64,000 nucleotides of DNA from Lentisphaeria bacterium (GCA_041690595.1 JAWLHB010000036.1:1-64000), one strand, 5' to 3'. Positions 20,405-32,559 are shown, numbered from the stretch's first letter. The notes: a model not told the origin generated them from the letters alone. A program made the numbers and translations.

Positions 20405-22297
20405 CTATGGCTCGAAGCGCAGGCGCAGGCAGCCGCCTGGCGGCACGGAGGTAGTGATGGTGTCGGGACTTCCCGCGACCTGCCGGGTTGAAACCAGTCG
20501 CGACTCCGCGTCATAGATGCGGATGACCAGGTTGTCTGGCCGGCGATGGAGGCGCAGGGTGACGCTGCGCTCTTCACCCCATGGATTGCGGTAGAGGCGT
20601 CCCTTCTCCGCGGCCAGCACCTGTTCGACAACCTGCGCCGCATACTCGGTTCGACGGATCGTTCGATAGTGGGTGCAGTCGCCACCGGAGGCCTCGACGA
20701 CACACCCTTTGGCGCCATGTTCAACGGCATAGCCCAGCCAGCCACAGACGCGGCCGGGAGAGAACTCGGCGTTGTGATCCACCTTGTAGAAGGACTTGTC
20801 CCGCTGCTCGAAATACCTTCCCGCAAAGGCGTGACAGACCCCTTCGATCAGCTCCGCGTGGTAGTCGATGTGCGGAATGACTCCCTCCGCATCTTCGTGC
20901 TGGTGCAGGAAGTTGCCGATACCCACATTCTCGTGAAAATCAGCCAAGGTGACGATGGGTGGTCCACCGCGATGGAAGAGCGCCATCAGCGCCTGCGTTT
21001 CGGGCTGCGAGCCCGGGCCGGGACCACGCAGGGAGATAGGGGCGATCTCTTCGATCGCGTGCGGAGATCCGAAGGCACCCCAGTTCAACTCGCCGGGCGC
21101 GGCATGCTCCCAGCCGCCAGGGAAGTTGCGGTTGAGGTTGATGGCGCTCGGCTGCTGCCGCCGATCGTCGAAGCCATCTGGGCAGACACTGGGAATCCAC
21201 CATACCTGCCGCCCATCGAGCAGTTCCTCCGCTTCCCAGCCGCCACTCTCCATCTGTTCGAGCAGATGGCGCAGATAACGCCAGACGCCGTAGATCGGCG
21301 CCCATTCGTAGGGATGCACGACATTCGACAGGAGGACGACGGGCGCTTCGGGATCCCGCGCGATCTTGACCAGCCAGATGTCGCGCCCCGCCACGGAACG
21401 GCCGATCTTCTCCATCGCGGCAAAGCGCGGATGATGCTGGGTGAAGGCGTGCAGCTCGTCGATGAAGTCGCTGTAGCGGGCATGCGGCACGACAAAGCGG
21501 CCGAAGGTGACCGGGCTCTTCCCCAGCAGCGAGAGCAGAATCTGGGTGGCGGGCGTTTCGCTGCCGGAGGCTTCCGGCTTCCGATCGACCACGTGCAGAT
21601 CCATGATCGTGACCAGACCGCCTGTCGGCGTGGGGCAGCTGATCAGCGCGGCCCCCTGCGTCTGGACGGCCCTGCCCCAGACGACGGCGCCATAGCGCTC
21701 CGCGAAGCTTTGCAGCGCCTCACTCTCATCCAGCACGCGCAGCCCCATATCGATCGGTGATGGTGCATAAAGGTGAACGCGATCACCGATGGTCATGCCG
21801 GTGGCCACGGGCGGCTCGGCGACAATCTCTACCGCGGGCGCCCGCGGATAGACCGGCCGATTCTCCTGGTGGCACATGACGTCGAGAAGCGGGGTCACCT
21901 CACCGCTCGCCATGTGCAGGCGCAGGTCATGACCGGCAAGCCCGGCCATCGCAGCGGCGATCTGCACATCGACAATGACCCTCCGCTTCCCAGCCCATTC
22001 GAGAAGCTCGTCCCACGAGGGTGGTGCGGAGAGGGTGTGGATGACGACAGCCTCGGCGTCGCAATCCAGTCGGGGGAACTCCCGCTCCGGAAGGGCAGCC
22101 ACATTGGCGACCCCGAAGGAGCGCCACAGGATGGCGCGGCGCAGAAAGCTCGATGGCTCGACGCCTACGGTGGCGACGCGCCGCGGAGGAGGTTGGCGGG
22201 ATGGCTGAAAGCGAGTGGGCCCCGCCATCACATCTCCCCGTTGACCATCCGCCGGGACAAATCCCGAACCTGCCAGTAACTGGCTGTGTTGACTCAT
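20405..22297 (-). CDS. M14 zinc carboxypeptidase-domain protein with unknown N-terminal half
   Basis: IGRSVAGRDI, HPYE, NLNRNFP and DFHE motifs. Start chosen from a GGAG RBS. Confidence 0.75.
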   Translation of the reverse strand: MSQHSQLLAGSGFVPADGQRGDVMAGPTRFQPSRQPPPRRVATVGVEPSSFLRRAILWRSFGVANVAALPEREFPRLDCDAEAVVIHTLSAPPSWDELLEWAGKRRVIVDVQIAAAMAGLAGHDLRLHMASGEVTPLLDVMCHQENRPVYPRAPAVEIVAEPPVATGMTIGDRVHLYAPSPIDMGLRVLDESEALQSFAERYGAVVWGRAVQTQGAALISCPTPTGGLVTIMDLHVVDRKPEASGSETPATQILLSLLGKSPVTFGRFVVPHARYSDFIDELHAFTQHHPRFAAMEKIGRSVAGRDIWLVKIARDPEAPVVLLSNVVHPYEWAPIYGVWRYLRHLLEQMESGGWEAEELLDGRQVWWIPSVCPDGFDDRRQQPSAINLNRNFPGGWEHAAPGELNWGAFGSPHAIEEIAPISLRGPGPGSQPETQALMALFHRGGPPIVTLADFHENVGIGNFLHQHEDAEGVIPHIDYHAELIEGVCHAFAGRYFEQRDKSFYKVDHNAEFSPGRVCGWLGYAVEHGAKGCVVEASGGDCTHYRTIRRTEYAAQVVEQVLAAEKGRLYRNPWGEERSVTLRLHRRPDNLVIRIYDAESRLVSTRQVAGSPDTITTSVPPGGCLRLRFEP

Positions 22298-22397
22298 GGC
22301 AGCACTCCCAATGGTTGGACTGAGTAATTGTGTCCGGATACCATGGTTGGGAGTGTGGGGTGTTTCAAGCACCTCTTCAGGACCATTCCTCACCCTA

Positions 22398-22425
22398 CCC
22401 TGTCGATGGAGAGAAGTCGACAGGG
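22398..22425 (-). terminator. Hairpin just 3' of tRNA-Gln
   Basis: CCCTGTCGA/TCGACAGGG stem, no clear U-tract. Confidence 0.45.
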
Positions 22426-22431
22426 AAAGAA

Positions 22432-22505
22432 TGGCTGCCCGACCTGGATTTGAACCAAGACTAGATGATCCAGAGTCAACTGTGCTACCGTTACACTATC
22501 GGGCA
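22432..22505 (-). tRNA. tRNA-Gln(CTG)
   Basis: Cloverleaf TGCCCGA..TCGGGCA GCCA, anticodon loop CTCTGGA, GGTTCAAATCC T-arm. Confidence 0.95.
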
Positions 22506-22685
22506 GACTGAGGGAGCGATTGGAGGCGCACCCAAGAGAATAGCGTGAATTACAATACGGGCTCTCGGACCATAGTCAATCGTTTTTCGATGCTTTTTTT
22601 GTTGATTTCCGGAGTGAATCACGTACGTTATGGAGAGTGCCATTGCGGCAGTGGAGGGAAACGGTGAACCCACAAGGCGAGAAGA

Positions 22686-23165
22686 ATGGGTGATATCGGT
22701 GTGATAATCGGGCTGATGGGGGCGGGGATTGTGCTGATTCTGGCGGAGCTTGTGCTGCCTGGCGGCGTGGTCGGCGTCTTCGGTCTGATCCTGATCGCCT
22801 GCGGAATCGTGGCGGGGTTCATGCATGACGCGGTCTTCGGCTTCAGCCTTCTGGCAGCTTCGGCGGTGGTGGGCATGATCGCCTTCTGGGCTTGGGCGCG
22901 TTTTTTCCCTGGCAGCCGGCTGGGCAAGCGCATGTTTCTGCAGCAGGACACGAAGGAATGGCATGGGTACTCACCCGAGAACATTGAACTGCTTGGCAAG
23001 CGCGGTACGACACACACGGTGCTTCGGCCTTCCGGCATTGCGTTAATTGACGGTGAACGTATTGACGTCATAAGCGAAGGTGATATAATCAGTAAAGGTG
23101 AATCGATCGAAGTCGTGCGCGTGGAAGGCAACCGCATTGTAGTAGCACGGACGGCGGATTTGTAA
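22686..23165 (+). CDS. NfeD-family protein (short form)
   Basis: Hydrophobic N-terminus, LRPSGIALIDGERIDV..VEGNRIVV OB-fold, upstream of floA. Confidence 0.88.
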   Translation: MGDIGVIIGLMGAGIVLILAELVLPGGVVGVFGLILIACGIVAGFMHDAVFGFSLLAASAVVGMIAFWAWARFFPGSRLGKRMFLQQDTKEWHGYSPENIELLGKRGTTHTVLRPSGIALIDGERIDVISEGDIISKGESIEVVRVEGNRIVVARTADL

Positions 23166-23233
23166 GACGCTCGAGTCGATACATGGCGCCGGTAATCCAC
23201 TTCTAAAAATCATTAATAAAAGGTCGCCACACT

Positions 23234-24250
23234 ATGCTGCCTCTCTATCTGGCACAGATGAAACCGAGTTTCATGCTGCTTGTCGTCATTATCGTCTTTA
23301 TCCTGCTGATCGTCGTTTTTCCGTTTCTCTACTTCTTCGGCATCTGGCTGCGCGCTCTGGCATCGAATGCGCGCGTATCGGTCGTGAACCTGATCGGCAT
23401 GAAGCTTCGCAAGACCTCTCCATCGGTCATTGTCGAAGCGCTGATCCGGGTGAAGAAGGCGGGTCTGGACTACGTGGACACCGATTCGCTTGAATCCCAC
23501 TACCTTGCCGGCGGGGACATCCTCTCCGTTGTCAACGCGCTGATTGCCGCGGACAAGGCGGGAATCGAGCTGACCTTCAAGAAAGCGGCGGCCATCGACC
23601 TGGCTGGGCGCGATGTCTTCGACGCGGTGCGTACGTCGGTCAACCCCAAGGTGATCGATTGCCCCGATCCTTCCAAGGGCCGGACGACGATCGACGCCGT
23701 GGCCAAGGACGGTATCCAGTTGAAGGCGAAAGCGCGGGTGACGGTTCGCGCCAATCTTGACCGCCTGATCGGCGGGGCCACTGAGGAGACCATCATCGCC
23801 CGCGTGGGTGAAGGTATTGTGACGACCATCGGTTCCGCCGAATCGCACAAGGCGGTGCTGGAGAATCCCGATACCATCTCCATGCGCGTGCTCGACAAGG
23901 GGCTCGACAGCAACACCGCATTTGAAATCCTCTCCATCGATATTGCCGACATCGACGTGGGCGAGAACATTGGCGCGCGGTTGCAGGCGGACCAGGCGGA
24001 AGCGGACAAGCGCGTCGCCCAGGCGAAGGCGGAAGAGCGGCGGGCAGCGGCCGTTGCCCTGGAACAGGAGATGGTCGCTCGCGTTCAGGAAATGCGAGCC
24101 AAGGTGGTGGAAGCTCAGGCGCAGGTGCCGCTGGCGATGGCCGAGGCCTTCCGCAACGGCTCGCTTGGTATCCTCGACTACTATCGCATCGAGAACCTGA
24201 AGGCCGACACCGAGATGCGTAACAACATCGCGGGCGCTCCCGAAGAATAA
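23234..24250 (+). CDS. floA: Flotillin-like protein FloA (YqfA/UPF0365)
   Basis: [19 protein letters not shown] and [17 protein letters not shown] motifs. Confidence 0.93.
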   Translation: MLPLYLAQMKPSFMLLVVIIVFILLIVVFPFLYFFGIWLRALASNARVSVVNLIGMKLRKTSPSVIVEALIRVKKAGLDYVDTDSLESHYLAGGDILSVVNALIAADKAGIELTFKKAAAIDLAGRDVFDAVRTSVNPKVIDCPDPSKGRTTIDAVAKDGIQLKAKARVTVRANLDRLIGGATEETIIARVGEGIVTTIGSAESHKAVLENPDTISMRVLDKGLDSNTAFEILSIDIADIDVGENIGARLQADQAEADKRVAQAKAEERRAAAVALEQEMVARVQEMRAKVVEAQAQVPLAMAEAFRNGSLGILDYYRIENLKADTEMRNNIAGAPEE

Positions 24251-24346
24251 GAGAGGCAGGGGCGGCCGGTGATGGGCATCGTCCCGCTCCGGCCGTCAGG
24301 ATCCACTTACCGCAACGAACGAACTCTCGCACTGGACGCAGGCTAT

Positions 24347-24943
24347 ATGGAAGGCTTCATCATCTTCGTCATCTGGGGTGCCATCGCCCTGATCAGCTTC
24401 ATCATAAAACGACGCCAGGAAAAGACGGAGAGCTGGGACGAGGGCTGGGAGAATGACGAAAGCGTGCCCCCCACGCAAGAGAAACCCTTTCAGCCGCGGC
24501 CTCAGCAGCCCAAGCGGCCGGAGTCGCGACCAACGCCAACACCGGCACGTACGCAACGCAGGGAAGCGCCTCAGCGTCCGCTCACTCCGGCCGCGCCGAA
24601 CGCGGCGGAGCAGGCCAGGGAGCTGATCGAGCAAGCGATACGCCGGCAACAGGGTGCAGCGAAAGCACCTGCGCCGGTAACGCGCACCGCGACCGCACAG
24701 CCGGCCATGCTCTCTTACAGCGATGAGGTGTCGCAGCGGCTGGTGCAGGCGGAAGCCTCTGGGCGGCTGGCGCCGGCTCCAATCGGTATGGCGGAGATGA
24801 AGCTGGAGATTGCGGATACGAGCACCGCCACCAGCCGCGGTCGCGCCAAGATGTACAAGATGGGGCTGAACACCCGTAGCGGGTGGCGGCGCAGCATCGT
24901 GGCCCGGGAAGTGCTTGACCGCCCACGCTGCTTCGACACGTGA
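24347..24943 (+). CDS. Membrane-anchored hypothetical protein (YqfB-position gene)
   Basis: N-terminal TM, Pro-rich linker and C-terminal RRSIVAREVLDRP. Confidence 0.6.
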   Translation: MEGFIIFVIWGAIALISFIIKRRQEKTESWDEGWENDESVPPTQEKPFQPRPQQPKRPESRPTPTPARTQRREAPQRPLTPAAPNAAEQARELIEQAIRRQQGAAKAPAPVTRTATAQPAMLSYSDEVSQRLVQAEASGRLAPAPIGMAEMKLEIADTSTATSRGRAKMYKMGLNTRSGWRRSIVAREVLDRPRCFDT

Positions 24944-25022
24944 TGCAGGCGGGTAAGGGAGCGCCCATCTGCTTGGCCGGCAGCAGGGGAGAACCGATCA
25001 CTCGCCGGCGACGGTGCCCAGC

Positions 25023-25643
25023 ATGAGCTATCTCGTCATCGTGCTATGTTACCTGATCGGCGGCATACCGTTCGGGCTGCTGATCGGCAGGCTGAACAGG
25101 CTGGATATTCGCGCGCACGGCAGCGGCAACATCGGCGCCACGAATGTATGGCGGACCCTTGGCCGCGGGTGGGGGCTGACTTGCTTTGCGCTGGATGCGC
25201 TGAAGGGCTATGTTTCGGTGAGCGTGGTGCAAGTGCTTGCGGAAGGCGGACATGTGGCAGGCTGGACGCCGATTGTGGCCGTTTTTGCGGCGGTGGCGGG
25301 TCATGTGTGGTCGCCGTACCTGAAGTTCAAGGGCGGTAAGGGGATAGCGACGTCGGCGGGGGCGTTGCTGGCCGTCGCGGCGCTGCCGGTGCTGGTGGCG
25401 CTGGTGGTCTGGTGTATCGTCATGGCTGCCACGCGGCTGGTCTCACTGGCGAGCATCTGTGGCGCTATCGTGCTGCCGTTGGCGGGAATCGGCATCAATT
25501 TACTCAGCGAACCCAACGCCTACGATCGGCCGACGCTTGGGCTACTTGTGCTTCTCTGTATTGTCGCCGTCCTGCGTCATCGCGGTAACATCCGGCGCCT
25601 GCTGAAAGGTACTGAACCACGAATGGGCAAGAAGGAAGGTTGA
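25023..25643 (+). CDS. plsY: Glycerol-3-phosphate acyltransferase
   Basis: GSGNIGATN, FKGGKGIAT and HRGNIRRL motifs. Confidence 0.95.
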   Translation: MSYLVIVLCYLIGGIPFGLLIGRLNRLDIRAHGSGNIGATNVWRTLGRGWGLTCFALDALKGYVSVSVVQVLAEGGHVAGWTPIVAVFAAVAGHVWSPYLKFKGGKGIATSAGALLAVAALPVLVALVVWCIVMAATRLVSLASICGAIVLPLAGIGINLLSEPNAYDRPTLGLLVLLCIVAVLRHRGNIRRLLKGTEPRMGKKEG

Positions 25644-26639
25644 ATGAAGGCTACAGTCATCAGTGATGGTGCGTGGGGCACGGCATTGGCCATGCGCCTG
25701 ATCGGCAACGGACACAACGTGACGCTTTGGGGACCCTTTCCGGATTATGTGGAGGAGATGCGTCGCACCCGGCGTAACGACCGCTTCCTGAAAGGCGTCG
25801 AGTTGCCGGAGGCGCTGGAACTGCAGGAGGATCTCTCCGCGGCGATCTCGGGCTCCCAGTTGCTGGTGCTGGCGGCGCCGTCGCAGTATGCGCGCAAGAC
25901 GCTTGAGCAGCTTTCGAAGAGCGGGTTCGACCGGCGGCAGGTGCTGGTGAATGTCGCCAAGGGCATCGAAGTGAAGACGCTGAAGCGGATGGATGAGCTG
26001 GTGCGGGACATTCTGGGTCCGCGCCTGCGCTATGCGGCATTGTCGGGGCCAAGCCATGCGGAAGAAGTCTCGCGGGAAGTGCCGACGGCGGTGGTGGTGG
26101 CGTCGCGCAACGCGGAAGCGGCGCAGGTCGTGCAGCAGGCTTTCATGAGCGAAGTTTTTCGTGTGTATACGACGACGGACGTGATCGGTGTCGAGCTGGG
26201 CGGGGCGCTGAAGAATGTGTATGCCATCGCGGCGGGCGTCTGCGACGGCATGGAGCTTGGCGACAACTCGAAGGCGGCGCTGATAACGCGCGGGATTGCA
26301 GAGATGGCCCGTGTGGGCATGGCGCTGGGAGGCCGGGCGCGTACCTTCTCCGGCCTCAGCGGTGTGGGCGACATGATCGTCACCTGCAACAGCCGTCACA
26401 GCCGGAACCGCCACGTTGGGGTCGAGCTGGGCAAAGGGCGCAAGCTGAACGAAATCGTTCAGGAGATGGGCATGGTGGTGGCGGAAGGCGTGCGGACCAC
26501 GGAGAGCGCCTGGCAGCTTGCGCGCAAGCTGAAGGTAGACGCACCGATCATCGGTGAAGTCTATGCGGGTCTCTATGAGGACAAGGATCCTCGCCAGGGG
26601 GTTCGCGACCTGATGACCCGCGAAGCCAAGGCGGAATAG
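25644..26639 (+). CDS. gpsA: NAD(P)H-dependent glycerol-3-phosphate dehydrogenase
   Basis: LSGPSHAEEV, GGALKNV and SRNR motifs. Confidence 0.95.
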   Translation: MKATVISDGAWGTALAMRLIGNGHNVTLWGPFPDYVEEMRRTRRNDRFLKGVELPEALELQEDLSAAISGSQLLVLAAPSQYARKTLEQLSKSGFDRRQVLVNVAKGIEVKTLKRMDELVRDILGPRLRYAALSGPSHAEEVSREVPTAVVVASRNAEAAQVVQQAFMSEVFRVYTTTDVIGVELGGALKNVYAIAAGVCDGMELGDNSKAALITRGIAEMARVGMALGGRARTFSGLSGVGDMIVTCNSRHSRNRHVGVELGKGRKLNEIVQEMGMVVAEGVRTTESAWQLARKLKVDAPIIGEVYAGLYEDKDPRQGVRDLMTREAKAE

Positions 26640-26777
26640 GAATCTTCAGCGCCAAGCTGAGGTGATCCGGTACCCAGGTTTGTCCTTACGATCCGTAGCG
26701 ATCGGGCGCGCTGTCGCCGCCGCGGCTATAGTAGCTTGCGGCAGAAAAGAACGACCAAGCGACAAGGAAGGGATCTC

Positions 26778-28610
<1,833 letters not shown>

Positions 28611-28624
28611 GCGATGCGCGCTGT

Positions 28625-29158
28625 TCAGAAGATGACGGGAATGGGACCGGTGAGGATCTTGTCGAGGTCGGGCATCTGGTTGAGGTGGTCTCGGATGAAG
28701 CCGTCCATGCTGTCGCGGGTCTTCCTGGAGAGGAGCTTCTGAATCTCTTCGGCGACGGCACCGGAGAGGAGGAAGGGCATGCCATGGTAGAGCATGTTGT
28801 CTCCCTCGCAGAGGGCGCAGAGCTGATATTCGTCAAGCTCTTCGCGTGGGGTGCCCTTGATGAGGCAATAGCCGATCCAGGCATCGAGATCGCGCTCGTC
28901 TTCAAGCGCCGCCTCGCGCTGCTCCCACCGCACCTGTGCAAAGTAGCGGTCAAGGGCCTGCTGCGACTCCTCCGAGAGTTCGGCCTGCATTTCGATCATG
29001 CAATTCAAGCAGAGTGCATACTCGAAAACGACTTCACCCCGATTGAAAGCCTTTTCGATCGCGTAAGGTTGTTCCTTCTCCAGGTCACATGCGCACCGCA
29101 CGCAGTTACGAAAGGGCGCGTCATTGAGAAAGGAGTGAAAGATGGGAGGAATAGCCAT
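28625..29158 (-). CDS. Cys-rich hypothetical protein (putative Zn-binding)
   Basis: CVRC, CLNC, C and CALC motifs in an acidic 177 aa protein. Confidence 0.6.
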   Translation of the reverse strand: MAIPPIFHSFLNDAPFRNCVRCACDLEKEQPYAIEKAFNRGEVVFEYALCLNCMIEMQAELSEESQQALDRYFAQVRWEQREAALEDERDLDAWIGYCLIKGTPREELDEYQLCALCEGDNMLYHGMPFLLSGAVAEEIQKLLSRKTRDSMDGFIRDHLNQMPDLDKILTGPIPVIF

Positions 29159-29240
29159 GGCAACCGAACCAGAATTGAACGTGAAGAGGCGCTACTGAAA
29201 AATGGGTTCATTCCGCGGAAAAGGCAAGGGCCTGGGTCGG

Positions 29241-29678
29241 TCAGTAGCCGCCGATGCGGGTGGCAGCGCCCGGGCCGAAGAGCTCGTCCGCTTCATCCTT
29301 CTGTGCCAGGGAGAGCTTGACCCAGGCGTGGATGCGCTGCTTGGTCTCGGCATCGACATCCATGATGCCGCTGATGCGCTTGATGAAATGGTTCTCTTCG
29401 GGGTCGATCTTCTGATCCGCGTAGGCCAGCAGATAACAGTCCTTGAGGATGCAGTGCTTGAAGGTGCGATCGGGGATATCGCTCAGCAGGGATTCGATGA
29501 CGTCGAGGGTGCGGGGCGTGAGCCACATCTCCTGTATGGTCTCTTTATCCAACTCCATCTGGTCGAAAAAGCTGTCGAGCAGCTCACGTTCACGCGGATC
29601 CACGACACCGTCCGCGTCGGCAAGAGCGATGAGAATGTCGGCGTAAATGTACTTGGGGTGCGTCAGTTCGTTTTCCAT
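29241..29678 (-). CDS. TerB-family protein
   Basis: Twin motifs ALADADGVVDPRE and LAYADQKIDPEE. Confidence 0.8.
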   Translation of the reverse strand: MENELTHPKYIYADILIALADADGVVDPRERELLDSFFDQMELDKETIQEMWLTPRTLDVIESLLSDIPDRTFKHCILKDCYLLAYADQKIDPEENHFIKRISGIMDVDAETKQRIHAWVKLSLAQKDEADELFGPGAATRIGGY

Positions 29679-29733
29679 GATCCGACCCTCTTGGTGGCGT
29701 GTGGCGGTTGGCAGGCCTGGCGCTGGAAATGGG

Positions 29734-31506
29734 CTATCGTTCGATGCCTGCCTGAAGCTTTGCTATCTGGAGCAAAATATCGTCACGGGAGAGATTTTGC
29801 AAACTTTGGGGAATCAGGGTGCGGCGAGAACAGTGGAGCATGGCGTGGAGCGTTTGCAGTCGTCGTTGGGCGCCGGTGTCGGCGGGAAGGAAGTCGGCGA
29901 GCAGGCGCAGCACATCGTCGGGGGCGAGCTTTCGGCGGAGGAGGAGGCGCTCGGTCTTGAGTTCGGCGACGAGTTCGCGAAAGTCGGCCGGGCTGAACCG
30001 TTCGGTAGAGGCGTGGAAGGCGTCGCGTTCCTCCCGGGTGAAGTGGTCGAGCTGCATATCGGCATGACGCAGCGCGTAGGCGATGAAGGCGTGACGATCG
30101 TCGCCCTCGGGATCGAAGACGGGGATATGCAGCCCACAGCGCCCACTGCGCTTGAGGTCGGGCGCCAGGTTGTCGGGGCGGGCGGTGAGGAGGACCCAGA
30201 CGATCTTGGCGCGGTTGTCGGGATTGCCCATCATCTTGATGACGTTGCCGAACAGACGCTGCTCCGTCTCGTGGGTGTTGGCGCCCGGGCGGGCAAAGAC
30301 GGTATCGGCCTCATCGACGATGACAATGACGTTGCCCAGCACTTCGAGGACGTTGCGGATCTTCTCGAAGATCTGGTCGGTTTCGCCGAAGAAGCTGCTG
30401 CGGAGGTTTTTGAGGAAGATGACGATGCGGTCGCTCTCGCCGGCCCAGGCGGTGAAGATGAAGGTCTTGCCGACCCCGTTGGGCCCGGCCACCAGGATGC
30501 CGACGGGAGAGATGTCCGGGACGCCGGCAGCCATGGTGCGCGAGAGGCGACTGAGCTGGCGCTTGAGATCGGTAGCGCCGATGACGTCGGCGAGGGTATG
30601 GCTGGGCTGGACGATCTCGATATGATCGCCGATGCTGGCGACCAGGAGACGGTTGAGATAGTAGAGGAAGTCTCGTGCTTCGAGCTGTCCCTTCTGATAG
30701 CGGGCGAGGCGCATGGTCTGCTCGATGCCCAGATAGGTCATGCCGGCGCTGAGGCGGGCGAAGGAGGTCTGGCTTCCCTTGAGCTTGAGGTCTTCGTTGC
30801 GGTGCAGCGTCCAGCGGATGAAGGCCTTGCGCTCTTCTTCGTCAGGGAGCGGCAAGTTGAGGTTGAGCATGTGGGGCAGGGAGCGGATGGATTCATGGAC
30901 GCCGCTTGCCGTCTCGGAGAGCAGCAGGATGAGGTGGCGGGAATCGACAAAGCTTGGATCGGTGAGCCACTCCTTGAAGAAGATGAGACGCTGGCGATCA
31001 TTGTCACCCATGGAGGCGAGCGGGCGGGCCGGCACGATGCTGTCGAAGAATTCGAGGATGATGGCGATGGAGACGGCATCGCCGGCGCGGGAGGCGGCAG
31101 CACAGAGCTTTCGCAGGAGGATGAGCGCGGGAAGAAGGTAGGCGGAGCTCCTGCCGATCACCTCATCGAAACTCTGCTCGCCCATCTTGCGTTCGCGCGG
31201 CGTGAAGAGAGTGAGATAGAGCTCTCGGGCACGCTCGCGATCGCCCGCCTCCGCGAATTCGATCCCGCGCGCAATATTGAAGGTGACCACCAGCCGCTCG
31301 GTCATCGAGAGCCGTTCACGCAGGTAGTCGATCAGCGGCACATAGGCGCTCCCGGCATCGTCAGCCTGCCGCCAGGGACAGCGCTGGAAATCCAGGACAT
31401 TGCCGCTGAGCAGAAACTGATTTGACTGGCTGGATACGTAGGCATCGCCAAGGGCCTGCATGAAGGGCAGATCCTGGTGACGAGCGGTGCGGCGGCGGAT
31501 AGCCAT
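29734..31506 (-). CDS. Classic-clade AAA ATPase with degenerate N-terminal domain
   Basis: Walker A GPNGVGKT, pore loop SSFFGE, Walker B IVIVDE and SRH TARPDNLAPDLKRSGR. Confidence 0.9.
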   Translation of the reverse strand: MAIRRRTARHQDLPFMQALGDAYVSSQSNQFLLSGNVLDFQRCPWRQADDAGSAYVPLIDYLRERLSMTERLVVTFNIARGIEFAEAGDRERARELYLTLFTPRERKMGEQSFDEVIGRSSAYLLPALILLRKLCAAASRAGDAVSIAIILEFFDSIVPARPLASMGDNDRQRLIFFKEWLTDPSFVDSRHLILLLSETASGVHESIRSLPHMLNLNLPLPDEEERKAFIRWTLHRNEDLKLKGSQTSFARLSAGMTYLGIEQTMRLARYQKGQLEARDFLYYLNRLLVASIGDHIEIVQPSHTLADVIGATDLKRQLSRLSRTMAAGVPDISPVGILVAGPNGVGKTFIFTAWAGESDRIVIFLKNLRSSFFGETDQIFEKIRNVLEVLGNVIVIVDEADTVFARPGANTHETEQRLFGNVIKMMGNPDNRAKIVWVLLTARPDNLAPDLKRSGRCGLHIPVFDPEGDDRHAFIAYALRHADMQLDHFTREERDAFHASTERFSPADFRELVAELKTERLLLRRKLAPDDVLRLLADFLPADTGAQRRLQTLHAMLHCSRRTLIPQSLQNLSRDDILLQIAKLQAGIER

Positions 31507-32288
31507 CAGATCTCTCGTTTACGAGCCGCCGATTCCGGCCGTTCCTCATCGCGGGCGAGCTGTCGCTGCTCGTCTTCCTTGAGCATGGCGGCAAAGACAT
31601 CGGCGGCCTCACTTTGCATGCCCGCCTTCATCAGCTCTTCTTCCATGTGATGCTCGACATCACCGGTGGCGAGCGATTCGGAGAGTGACGCCTGCGCCTT
31701 GAGGCTTTCGCGGCGTTCCTGGATTGCCTGCAGGTTTCGATCGTCGAGTTGGGTGCTGAGATTATTGAGGCGGTCGTTAAGGCTGATGATCTGCTTGCTG
31801 CTGACGATGTCGGCGATGGCGGCGGCTTCCTGCTTCTTCAGCTCGGCGATCTGCTTCTGCATCTCCGCAAGCTTCTGCTTGTACTGGTTGACCTTGCCCT
31901 GCAGGTCCATGATCTCGGCGTTCAACTGCTCCTGTTCCGCCTTGTGAGCTTCCTGGCGGTTATAGATCTCGGTAAAGGCCTGCTGGTACTTGGTATCGTT
32001 GGTGGCCTTGAACTGCTGGACAGCCCCGCGGAGGCGCGTCTCATTATCCTTCATCTGCTGGGATAGCTTGTCGACCTGGCTTTTCTTCTGCTCAAGCACC
32101 ATCATCAGTTGGGCAACAGCTTCCCGAACCTCACCGTATTGCTTGGTCCAGTTATCGCGAGTCTGCTGAAAAGTGGCCTTGACGCCTGAGGGAGTAGAGA
32201 GCATCTCCTCGGTCCGGCTGTCGATATCGCCGCCGATCAAGCCGCCCAACGTCATGATGTACCGTTTGAGGGAACTGAAGATACTCAT
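31506..32288 (-). CDS. PspA/IM30-like coiled-coil protein
   Basis: 260 aa, amphipathic MSIFSSLKRYI N-terminal helix and long heptad helices. TGATG coupling to the AAA gene. Confidence 0.6.
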   Translation of the reverse strand: MSIFSSLKRYIMTLGGLIGGDIDSRTEEMLSTPSGVKATFQQTRDNWTKQYGEVREAVAQLMMVLEQKKSQVDKLSQQMKDNETRLRGAVQQFKATNDTKYQQAFTEIYNRQEAHKAEQEQLNAEIMDLQGKVNQYKQKLAEMQKQIAELKKQEAAAIADIVSSKQIISLNDRLNNLSTQLDDRNLQAIQERRESLKAQASLSESLATGDVEHHMEEELMKAGMQSEAADVFAAMLKEDEQRQLARDEERPESAARKREI

Positions 32289-32559
32289 GGAACACTCTCC
32301 TTTTCTTCCTTGGCGAGTTGGCAAAGCGCAGAGGCAGGCAATTGCATGTCCTGCAAAGTAGAGTTACCCAGTCCGCTTTGCAAGCGCAACCATGCCAGCG
32401 GATGTCTGACTTTTGGTTCGCGGGGGCTTTCGCCGCCGGCAAGGGAAAAGCGCAAGGGTGGCGGCAGGAGGTTCTGGGCGACTTTTTTGTGGCGCCGCAG
32501 TTGAATCGGAATGAAGAAAGCGTATAGTTCATTTCTTCAGCAGCGTATTCAGCCCTCTT

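Noticed and set aside
26640..26777. glmS ribozyme upstream of glmS
   Set aside because: AGCGCC is present at 26648, but I cannot find the P1 stem or the GACGAGG core. An Infernal search with the glmS model would settle it.
32380..32398. sigma54 promoter for the PspA-like gene
   Set aside because: Minus-strand TGGCATGGTTGCGCTTGC does not give GG-N10-GC spacing.
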